From a virus, in IMG/VR virus record IMGVR_UViG_3300021495_000007: a stretch of DNA of 53,435 nt. The stretch is one strand, 5' to 3'. Made by a program: the position numbers and the translations under genes. This document shows positions 25,931-34,519 of the stretch, one piece after another (within the stretch, counting starts at the first letter, position 1; every line of letters begins with the position of its first letter). The notes under the pieces are model-generated. The model saw nothing but the letters and a program-made list of their open reading frames with translations. It had not been told where the DNA came from and did not search any database.

Positions 25931-26326
25931 ATGAATACCGTAAATAATATTGAAATACTGAAAAATAGAATTGAAAAGATAACAAACAAAGAACTGGTAA
26001 TAAAAGGAGAAGACCTTACTATTATTACAACTAAGGTGGATGATTATAGCATTGCAATAACAGAAGAATTTGATGGAGAAATAGCATATTCTTTACTGCT
26101 CTTTCGAGAAGAATGGAATCATATAGAAGCATTTGTTAACGAACTCAAAACACAAATTGATGAATTGATACTAAAAGAAAACGAACTTAGTGCTACTAAA
26201 GTTGAAACAGACAGTCACGGAATAAAAATAGAAATTAGACAAAGAGGATATATAACCTACTCGATGTTTCTCTATTGGGAAGAGTGGGATCTAATTGCAA
26301 ATTTTATCAATGAAAAACGTAAATAG
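25931..26326 (+). CDS. Two-repeat protein, possibly PC4/PUR-like
   Basis: Two ~60-aa units ending SLLLFREEWNHI and SMFLYWEEWDLI. Confidence 0.5.
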   Translation: MNTVNNIEILKNRIEKITNKELVIKGEDLTIITTKVDDYSIAITEEFDGEIAYSLLLFREEWNHIEAFVNELKTQIDELILKENELSATKVETDSHGIKIEIRQRGYITYSMFLYWEEWDLIANFINEKRK

Positions 26327-26669
26327 ATATATTGTTATGGGATTGATATTATCTGTTAGCCTCTCCCAATTTTTAGCATTAGATACAACTGATACTCATA
26401 CCTATATTGATGGCTCTTATGTCTGTCGAGACTTCAGTAGAGACTTGATTCTTGCAGCTTCCAAACATCATATTTATCTTGATTATATCTATGTACCAGA
26501 GAGGAATCATATGATGGTTGGACTATATAATCCTCTCGAAGAATCGATTGAAATTATAGAACCTCAAACTGATGAAATTATAGGATGCATAAAGGAAAAT
26601 AATAAACACTATATTAGAATACCAGTGTGGGATACTCATATCTACTACTCAAATATTAAAATTGCATGA
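26295..26669 (+). CDS. Papain/transglutaminase-like protein with signal-peptide-like N-terminus
   Basis: YVCRDFS, NHM and IEPQTD; hydrophobic IVMGLILSVSLSQFLA. Start probably ATG 26310 or later. Confidence 0.55.
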   Translation: MQILSMKNVNRYIVMGLILSVSLSQFLALDTTDTHTYIDGSYVCRDFSRDLILAASKHHIYLDYIYVPERNHMMVGLYNPLEESIEIIEPQTDEIIGCIKENNKHYIRIPVWDTHIYYSNIKIA

Positions 26670-26760
26670 GACGCTCATATTTGCGATTTAACGTAATGTT
26701 TTCACTAAGACAATATAAATGTATCACTACCCTAAAAATATTGCGTCTATGGTCAAATAT
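26658..26760. repeat. Dispersed quasi-palindromic element, copy F
   Basis: AAATTGCATGAGACGC...TAACGTAATGTTTT...ATTGCGTCTATGG; followed by GGAGG RBS of PCNA. Confidence 0.8.
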
Positions 26761-26777
26761 GGAGGAATTTTGAAGCT

Positions 26778-27518
26778 ATGATTCAAATCTCAATAAAAAA
26801 TAAAATATTTAGGGATATGTTAGAGACTATTCTTCCTATACGTGAAGAAACTAAATTGAGATTCGCTAAAGAAGGCTTGTGTTCTAAAATAACTGACTAT
26901 GGTAATATAGCATTAGTAGATGTTTCTCTTCCTAATGGTCTATTCAATGATTATTTCTTGGATGAAGATGTTGAAGTAGGATTAAATGTTAAGAATCTAC
27001 TACTCTATACTAAATTAGGTAATCCTGACGATAATATTAAAATAGAAATTACAGATAGATTCAAGATGCTTTTAAATAATTTCGAAATTGATATGGATAT
27101 TCTCGATCCTACCTATATGGCTTCTGCCTCGAACATCCCTGATGAATTCGAATGTAAATGTTTAGTTGATATAGAAGAAATAAGAAAAATTGCACGTGCA
27201 GCTAATCAAATCCGAAATGATACTCTCATCTTTGAACTCGATAATCTTCATGAGAATTTAACTATTTCTACAAAGAGTGAAGAAGAATCCATTACGGTTG
27301 AAACTTATGTGATTGATACTTCCGATAAAAAATCTACCCATAATTTAAAATCAGCCTATCCTGTTGACTTCATTCTTAGTATTACTAACACCCTCTATAA
27401 TTTGGGTATGCGTGAAATAGAAGTGGGATTCGGTAGTGAGTTCCCTATGCGATTATCGAGTCCTTTACATGAAACAGGAAAAGTGGTTTATTATATCGCA
27501 CCTCGTATTATAGACTAA
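26778..27518 (+). CDS. pcn: PCNA DNA sliding clamp
   Basis: 246 aa; IALVDVSLP...F.DY...VGLNV, SAYPVDFI, PMRL and C-terminal YYIAPRI PCNA signatures. Confidence 0.92.
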   Translation: MIQISIKNKIFRDMLETILPIREETKLRFAKEGLCSKITDYGNIALVDVSLPNGLFNDYFLDEDVEVGLNVKNLLLYTKLGNPDDNIKIEITDRFKMLLNNFEIDMDILDPTYMASASNIPDEFECKCLVDIEEIRKIARAANQIRNDTLIFELDNLHENLTISTKSEEESITVETYVIDTSDKKSTHNLKSAYPVDFILSITNTLYNLGMREIEVGFGSEFPMRLSSPLHETGKVVYYIAPRIID

Positions 27519-27521
27519 CTC

Positions 27522-27624
27522 AAATTTTTGCATGAGAGCTTCATATAACGTTGTCATCAAAATATTTTTGCCTTGGGTATATAAAACTATTACCTCTATA
27601 TTTTTATTGCGTCTATAAGCGAAT
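27522..27624. repeat. Dispersed quasi-palindromic element, copy G
   Basis: Core GGGTATATAAAACTATTACC 27575-27594 is the exact reverse complement of the copy E core; arms AGAGCTTCATAT and ATTGCGTCTAT are co-oriented with E. Confidence 0.85.
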
Positions 27625-28125
27625 ATGAGTAAATGGTGGGGTGAATGGGAATATAAAGCTGGAGACTATATAGGAGCTGAGCTGCCAGGTGGGGGCTATA
27701 TAGAAGGAGAAATCAGAGAAGTAATAAATGATCCACAAAAAGGTATATTAACTCTGGTTTTAGATAATGGTTGGCGAGTATATCCTATTGAATATCAGCG
27801 TTCTGGTGTAGGAGATATGGTAGTCAAATATTTCCCGAAAAAAGAGAAAAGAAGCATTGATGATCTGCCTCTAAATGAAACTCAAAAACGATACGTTCTT
27901 GAATGGCTTGCATGGAAATTCTATAATCTGCTTCTGAAACTCGGTATAGAAGATGGATACTGTAAATCCTATGATCCATTATTGATTGAAGATGATAAAT
28001 GTCATAGTTATGTATTTGACTTAGATGACGATGGTAGACATCATCCTTATAAAAATCTACGAGAAATAGAAGATAAACTGTTTAATGAAGTAGTTAAAAG
28101 AATAAAAGAAGAGAGGATATACTAA
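27625..28125 (+). CDS. Hypothetical protein (166 aa), last plus-strand gene
   Basis: ATG right after element G. Confidence 0.7.
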   Translation: MSKWWGEWEYKAGDYIGAELPGGGYIEGEIREVINDPQKGILTLVLDNGWRVYPIEYQRSGVGDMVVKYFPKKEKRSIDDLPLNETQKRYVLEWLAWKFYNLLLKLGIEDGYCKSYDPLLIEDDKCHSYVFDLDDDGRHHPYKNLREIEDKLFNEVVKRIKEERIY

Positions 28126-28148
28126 ATAACTAAAACACAAAAAAAAAT

Positions 28149-28196
28149 GCATGTAGATTGATCCAGGAAATTTAGTGTAGTTGTTTATCTACATGC
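28149..28196. terminator. Probable bidirectional terminator between convergent blocks
   Basis: GCATGTAGAT (28149-28158) / ATCTACATGC (28187-28196) perfect 10-bp IR, with an A-tract on the left and T-tracts on the right. Confidence 0.55.
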
Positions 28197-28230
28197 TATG
28201 CGTATTTTTTATATTTTATGTTGATAAAGA

Positions 28231-31200
28231 TTACGACATTGCTGCCTTCCAATAAACATCTCTGTCATCTGTAACAGCGGAAGGAGCATTTATCGTAAAC
28301 TGCGCATCTGTCACATCTGTCACCCAGCAATTCGCAACCTCACTATGTGTACCTGTGAGAGTTATAATGCTTGGAGCCCCGTCTAAACCATGGTTCACCA
28401 CAACACTTGAAGCTCCACTTGCTATAGTTGCTATACCCGATTTTTCAGTAGGATAGCCTTCGTTATTTTTAATTATCAATCCTGTCACTCCAGCTTGGTG
28501 TTCAACAATATTATTTCCTATGAACGTCCCTCTAAATATATTTCCCTTAATTATTACATCATCATTCCCACTAGCAATATAAACACCACGCATATAAGCA
28601 CTATTTTCAACAGCAAATAAATTATCAAGAATATACAGCCCGCTAACCTGGTCTGGATTAGCATTAATTGCGTATGTAACCCCCTGACCTGATTTACCTA
28701 CGTCTATAAATTGACAATCTCGTATAGTTATCCGCTTTTTAGATTGGACTTGAAGATAAATGCCTCTTGTTGGTAGATTCTTAAACGTACAGTGTGAAAC
28801 AAAAATATCTTTACATTCTCCATAAATCTCCATTCCTGCACGCGGTGGTTGCGTCCAACTATATGTTGGAACATCAGCAGAGACACAATTACTTATAGAA
28901 ACACTTTCACAATCTGAAATAAAGAAATGTGAACGATCTGATCCCATTTGTCCTACTGCTATACAATTTACAATATTCGCATTTTTTAGGTATCGGAAAT
29001 TAAAGAGAGTGGCTATGGGTTGGTTTAATACTTCACTAATACAATTCTCTACTGTTACATCATCTGCTGTCCATACAAATAAACCATTATTTACACCAGC
29101 TTCTGTGACATAAATAACATTGTTAATAGTAACTTTTTTATTTCTGGGTGTGCCTGTATGGGTATTATCTCCTGCCCACTCTATACAAACCGGTTCAAGT
29201 CCGCCTATTTCTCCGTTATACATAAAAATATCCGAAATCTCAATGTTCTCGGACCCGTAACCTACGAAAACAAAATGAGCAGTCACCTCAATCCCTGTTA
29301 ATTTACTTATCTGAATATTTTTAGACCGTATCACTTTTACTCCATCTATTCTTACATCGCTATCACCAAAATCATCGCAGAAGAGATCAGTCAATCGAAC
29401 ATCTTTAGCATGGCTTAACCATACAAGCCCTCCTTCATGAGATACACTGTCTCGAAAATGCTTTCCTGTACAATCATGGACACTAACTCTAATTATTGGC
29501 TCATCAGAAGTACCTTCTCCTTTGATAGCTGCTCGCCATATATTCTGAAAATAACAGTTTTTAACTATTAAGTCCTTGACACCAGGAATAACTTTGATAG
29601 CAGCATAACCATCAGTCTGATGTTCAACATTACCATCGAATTCAATGTCTTGAATCGTTATCCCATCATGATTAATGTTGAAGAATTCACAATTAGCTCC
29701 ATCAGCTAATCTGAGGATAGTATTCCGTCCTGTACCAGCGATTGTTATACTATCACCTGTTGTTGAAGTATTTCCTGTAATTGTAAACACGCCCTCTCCG
29801 AAAAATATCTTTCCTCCGTTTGATACGCTATTCATCGCTGTTCGAATTACACTTGTATCATCAGTGCCGGCAGCACCTTGAGTAATTGTTTCTCCATTTG
29901 CATTTTTTGCATAAATTATTCCATTATCTTTATATATAATTGCCGTATACGGTCCTCTTCCTCCCATTTCACCTATTATACTTTCAAGATATTCAATTCT
30001 TTCCTCTAAACTTGATATATTAGAGCTATGTACAAATCTTGCATATATATTCTTCCATCTGAAACCTAAAGATCCTAAATTATAAGATTCATCATCATAA
30101 GGAACAACATCTGCATTCTTTATATCTATTTGTGCTTTATCAGCGTCTCCCGATACGTGTATCCTTTCTGTGGGCGCTCCTACAGAATCAGTAGTTAAAA
30201 ATGAAAGAGCACCAGGAAAAGAAGAAGAGTTTCTATCAAATAATCGGATTTGAGCATGACCGTATGAAGGATCACCACCCGCCAATATAAGATCATGTTT
30301 ACCCCATAATCTTCGATCTAATTTAACATCATCATCTATATCTAAGATCGATGTACCTAAAGCACCAATTTTCGTAAAAGATCCAGTATTTGCAAATACT
30401 TCTATCCATCTGTGAGCAGAAGAGCCTAAATAGGATGAGAGATTGTCATAAGGTAATAAATGTGCATTTTTTATGTACACAATACTTCTGTCTGCATTAC
30501 CAGTAAGACTTAGTCTTTCAGTTGATGTTCCATTAGAATCCGGTGTCATTAAAGTTAAATCAGTTGAGGTTAGTCTAATCTGAGTATTCTCTGTTGTAGA
30601 ATTACTATATCCTATTGTAAAAGTATTATTGCTCCATATTCGAGATTCAACTTGGACATTAGAAAATAAGCTACTTACTGCATATATGTTTTTCCATCTT
30701 TTACTTGGGTTTCCTAAATCCTGTTCAGTATCAATGTACGGTATTAAATGCGCTCCTCTTACTGTAATATCAACGTTTCCACTACCCTCAGGTATCTCAA
30801 TGCGAGGGACTATCGACTGACCTGAAAATGTTCCTAATAATATTTTGCTATTACTCCCTGGTGTTAATTGGATTCTCGATGCAACAGCAGTATCTTCTGC
30901 TATTAAATTGAGACCATCACTTGAATTACCAACTACATCTCCATCAACTTTTAGATTATCAGTGCATTCAATTATATTTCCCGAATAAGAAGTAATCGTG
31001 TCAGTTTCTAATCCTGATTCACATTTGAGTAAACCGATCATTGATTGAGATCCATCTCTTGATAACTTGATATCACTTAAATTCTGAATTGAATATTCTA
31101 ATGCTGAGCAGTTACAGCTAACATTGCTACTTAAATTTTCTTCAAGATAATCTACTCGTGCATCTAAATCAGATATGTTGGCACTATTGGCCAGTATAGC

Positions 31201-32307
31201 ATCAGGAATAATAGTTCCGGAAAAATTGCCTTTTGCAGCATAGACGCATCGCCACGTATAACCCGAGGATCCTAAATCCCATCTGTTGTCTGTATACGGA
31301 AAGACATCTGCATTCTCTATTACTATATCGCCGTCGTCCCAACCTCCATGAATGTGAATTCGTTTAACCGGTCCTGAATCTCCGGGTGCGTATACCTCAA
31401 TATCGTTATAGAAGAATTTTATGTGGGGATAACCAACCGGAAATTCGGCTCCGCTGCCTATAGTCAATAGAGGATTGCCCCATATATGAGAATTCACAAC
31501 AAGATCCTTATCACATGTAAGTGTGTCACCTGAGACAGTGCTAATAGTGTTTGTTTTTAATCCTGCTTCACATTGTAATAATCCAGTCATTGGTTGAGAA
31601 CCGTCTCGCGAAAGCTTGATTGCACTTAAATTTTCAATGTTGTTTGCATTGGAAGTTATATTTGCACTATTGAGAAGGACTGCATCAGGAAGTATCACAC
31701 CTGAAAAATTGCCTGAAACTGCATAAATATTCTTCCACCTGTTACCACTACTACCTAAGTCTTGGTAATTATCTTCGTAGGGAATAAGATTTGAGTCTTT
31801 AATTTTAATATCAATAAAATCGCTTTTACCAGGAATTAACACACGAGATGCGATCGCTCCTCCTGATTGAGGAGTCCTCACAAGAATTTCGCCATTTCCA
31901 GTTGAATCCCAAGTATAGAGTTCTATCCGGGGGGCATGGGCGTCTAAATTGGATGCTAACAGCAAACCTATGCTGTCATTACCCCATAAAACTGCATCAA
32001 TTTTTAGTGGCTTTTGACAATTTAAAAATGATTGAGATGTAGTGGATATTGTATCGGTTTTTAAACCACTGCCACATACCAGCTCACCTTCCATTGGTTG
32101 TGAACCGTCTCTTGACAACTTGATATTACTCAGATTCTCAATTGCAAATTCTAAAGCAGAACAGTTACAACTTATATTACCACCACCAAGATTCGCTTCA
32201 ATGTATTCTATTTCATCTTGTAAATTAGGATAAACACTGCGAGTTAGTCTTACAGCATTACTCCAAATACTTTCGATTTTTGAATAGGATGAACCATTAT
32301 CGCCCAT
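28231..32307 (-). CDS. Tail fibre/receptor-binding protein with repeated shaft modules and C-terminal parallel beta-helix
   Basis: 3x LSRDGSQ(P/S)M, 5x LG-x4-W-x2-(I/V)(Y/F), GKIFFGEGVF start of a pectate-lyase-like beta-helix, C-terminal NHGLDGAP tip domain. Confidence 0.8.
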   Translation of the reverse strand: MGDNGSSYSKIESIWSNAVRLTRSVYPNLQDEIEYIEANLGGGNISCNCSALEFAIENLSNIKLSRDGSQPMEGELVCGSGLKTDTISTTSQSFLNCQKPLKIDAVLWGNDSIGLLLASNLDAHAPRIELYTWDSTGNGEILVRTPQSGGAIASRVLIPGKSDFIDIKIKDSNLIPYEDNYQDLGSSGNRWKNIYAVSGNFSGVILPDAVLLNSANITSNANNIENLSAIKLSRDGSQPMTGLLQCEAGLKTNTISTVSGDTLTCDKDLVVNSHIWGNPLLTIGSGAEFPVGYPHIKFFYNDIEVYAPGDSGPVKRIHIHGGWDDGDIVIENADVFPYTDNRWDLGSSGYTWRCVYAAKGNFSGTIIPDAILANSANISDLDARVDYLEENLSSNVSCNCSALEYSIQNLSDIKLSRDGSQSMIGLLKCESGLETDTITSYSGNIIECTDNLKVDGDVVGNSSDGLNLIAEDTAVASRIQLTPGSNSKILLGTFSGQSIVPRIEIPEGSGNVDITVRGAHLIPYIDTEQDLGNPSKRWKNIYAVSSLFSNVQVESRIWSNNTFTIGYSNSTTENTQIRLTSTDLTLMTPDSNGTSTERLSLTGNADRSIVYIKNAHLLPYDNLSSYLGSSAHRWIEVFANTGSFTKIGALGTSILDIDDDVKLDRRLWGKHDLILAGGDPSYGHAQIRLFDRNSSSFPGALSFLTTDSVGAPTERIHVSGDADKAQIDIKNADVVPYDDESYNLGSLGFRWKNIYARFVHSSNISSLEERIEYLESIIGEMGGRGPYTAIIYKDNGIIYAKNANGETITQGAAGTDDTSVIRTAMNSVSNGGKIFFGEGVFTITGNTSTTGDSITIAGTGRNTILRLADGANCEFFNINHDGITIQDIEFDGNVEHQTDGYAAIKVIPGVKDLIVKNCYFQNIWRAAIKGEGTSDEPIIRVSVHDCTGKHFRDSVSHEGGLVWLSHAKDVRLTDLFCDDFGDSDVRIDGVKVIRSKNIQISKLTGIEVTAHFVFVGYGSENIEISDIFMYNGEIGGLEPVCIEWAGDNTHTGTPRNKKVTINNVIYVTEAGVNNGLFVWTADDVTVENCISEVLNQPIATLFNFRYLKNANIVNCIAVGQMGSDRSHFFISDCESVSISNCVSADVPTYSWTQPPRAGMEIYGECKDIFVSHCTFKNLPTRGIYLQVQSKKRITIRDCQFIDVGKSGQGVTYAINANPDQVSGLYILDNLFAVENSAYMRGVYIASGNDDVIIKGNIFRGTFIGNNIVEHQAGVTGLIIKNNEGYPTEKSGIATIASGASSVVVNHGLDGAPSIITLTGTHSEVANCWVTDVTDAQFTINAPSAVTDDRDVYWKAAMS

Positions 32308-32313
32308 TTCTCT

Positions 32314-33417
32314 TTACTTATACTCTAATACAATCGAAGTTGAAGATATATTACTACAATTTGATATTTTTAATTGTATGCCATTATCTGTTTCAATTAT
32401 ATGTGTAAAACTTTCATTATATCTATATCCACCTGCACTTCCTAAATTGTAAGTCTTTTCATAACTCCATCCGTTTGCATCATCAATTATTACTTTAATA
32501 TAACCATTAGAAGCTGAGGTTAACATCATGAGTTTATAACCTATAAGAGTCACTGTGGTATTAAATTGATACATTGTAGAAACTGTACCTGCACCTAATA
32601 AGTATTTATCGCTTGAAGATGGATTCTCAAGGTAGAAAGGCATAGTTCTCGGCACTTTAAATATACTTGCATTTACCTCATCGAAATAGCCTTTAACAGC
32701 ATGTATTTCACTCCATCTCTCTCCAGAACCACCTAATCGTAATTCATTATCAGTACCAGGAACTAAATGGGCATTATAAATTATTATCCAGCTGGTCTGA
32801 TATCCTCCCCATATCCAGATTCGCCATTGTTCGCTTCCAGATTCACTAGAAGTTCCTGGAGTAGCAATAAGCATGCTACCTTTAAAATCAGGATGAGTGC
32901 CATCATAAAGCTGGATGTAAGGATGTGGAACCAAAGCATGACCCGCTCTCAATAGCAATCCATCACTTCCTCTTATATATTCATCAATTATCAACGCGCA
33001 ATCAACATTTAGAGGACCAGCATCTATACTATAAAGAGTGTCAAAGAAGCCTCCTTGTGCATAAATTCCTTTCCAAGACACACTTGACTTGCCTAAATAA
33101 AACGTATCGTTGGCAGAAGGAATCAAATCTGAAGTAATTTGAATGGAACCATTTTGACTATTAATTTGACTTGTTTTCAAGCCTGCATTGCATATTAACT
33201 CACCTGTCATAGCTTGACTACCATCACGTGAAAGCTTAATATCGGAGAGATTAGCTATGTTATTAGTATTGGTGTAAATACTTGTTGTGTTTGCATTTAT
33301 CAATGTCTGTTGATATGAAATGTTACCTTCATTCGTCATAATACTATCTTTTATAGCATTCAATCTCGCTGCATTTATAACAGTAACATAATCTTTCCAA
33401 ACATCTAAATCAGCCAT
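32314..33417 (-). CDS. Short tail fibre paralog
   Basis: Shares the LSRDGSQAM and LG...W modules with 28231-32307. Confidence 0.7.
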   Translation of the reverse strand: MADLDVWKDYVTVINAARLNAIKDSIMTNEGNISYQQTLINANTTSIYTNTNNIANLSDIKLSRDGSQAMTGELICNAGLKTSQINSQNGSIQITSDLIPSANDTFYLGKSSVSWKGIYAQGGFFDTLYSIDAGPLNVDCALIIDEYIRGSDGLLLRAGHALVPHPYIQLYDGTHPDFKGSMLIATPGTSSESGSEQWRIWIWGGYQTSWIIIYNAHLVPGTDNELRLGGSGERWSEIHAVKGYFDEVNASIFKVPRTMPFYLENPSSSDKYLLGAGTVSTMYQFNTTVTLIGYKLMMLTSASNGYIKVIIDDANGWSYEKTYNLGSAGGYRYNESFTHIIETDNGIQLKISNCSNISSTSIVLEYK

Positions 33418-33418
33418 T

Positions 33419-34519
33419 TTATTTTAAACTCCTAAATATTGTACTTAAAGATTTATAGCTTCTTCCTAAGTATAATGTAGTAAATAAACCGTTTTCATCT
33501 ATTGTATATCTTAATGATTTTAATTCAAGAATTTTTGTAATTCCTGGGAGATTAACTCTAACTTTTCCGAAGACTGGATAAACTAAATCTGCAAGTGTAA
33601 CTTCTATTGCATCTGTCAATTCATTTCTTATTTTTAATTCTCGTTCTGCTCTTTGTCTTGCATCCCATTCAGTAAGAATTGTATCATCTTCTATATATAT
33701 TTCCTTATTAGAAGTAGCCATTTCATCTACTGCGTCTCCTGTTACATAAATCGGATTCCCTGTACTGTCTTCTCCTATCTTAGTACCTCGTACATGACAT
33801 CTTCTATAACTATCCTCTTGTGAGGTTTCTACATTTATGTCCGTTATTTTTGAATTCTTATCTATGGTGTATTTTATTTCATCAGTCTTATCCTCTATCA
33901 CTAATGTATTACCATCAAGATATAACATACATTTATCACCAAGAATTCTATACAAACAATCCAAAAGTGATAATTCCCAATATTTGAAACTCAAATCTAC
34001 CGTGTCAGCACTATTAGCTGATTTATTCTCTATATCCATACCCGCTACACTTACAAATTGCTGTATTACTTCTGAAAGCGTACCACGAAAATCTTTTTGG
34101 TCTCCTTCTTTTAAATAACGATGTGCTAATTCATCAAATCGAGATATACAATTTAATTCAGACATGATATTGCCTTTGCCCATGACAGTACGCTGAGTTT
34201 CACTTTTTATCTTACCCATAAATACTACTTTCTTCAATCCTTTGCCAAGATGGATACTAACATCCGAATCTATAAGAAGCTGCCCATTATGCACTATGGT
34301 AATTGTAGCACTATCATCTGTGAATGGCTGATTAAGAATAATTTCAGCTCTAACAAGTGGAAAGAAATATGTGAACCAGCCATCAGGAGTAGTTACTTGT
34401 GCAACTCCTTTTATATCAGAAGAAGAAACAGTAGGTAGATAATAGGAAATATCGCCACAAATTGTATAACCACAAATTGCTATTCCACAAATCGCACGAG
34501 TTCTTTTTCTTCTTTTCAT
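33419..34519 (-). CDS. Tail hub/Tal-like protein
   Basis: Position after Dit-like genes; IEDDTILTEWDARQRAERELK motif typical of hub proteins. Confidence 0.6.
   Translation of the reverse strand: MKRRKRTRAICGIAICGYTICGDISYYLPTVSSSDIKGVAQVTTPDGWFTYFFPLVRAEIILNQPFTDDSATITIVHNGQLLIDSDVSIHLGKGLKKVVFMGKIKSETQRTVMGKGNIMSELNCISRFDELAHRYLKEGDQKDFRGTLSEVIQQFVSVAGMDIENKSANSADTVDLSFKYWELSLLDCLYRILGDKCMLYLDGNTLVIEDKTDEIKYTIDKNSKITDINVETSQEDSYRRCHVRGTKIGEDSTGNPIYVTGDAVDEMATSNKEIYIEDDTILTEWDARQRAERELKIRNELTDAIEVTLADLVYPVFGKVRVNLPGITKILELKSLRYTIDENGLFTTLYLGRSYKSLSTIFRSLK

Noticed and set aside
28231-33417. Diversity-generating retroelement template/variable repeat pair
   Set aside because: No reverse transcriptase in the window, and the repeats differ at all base types rather than only at adenines.
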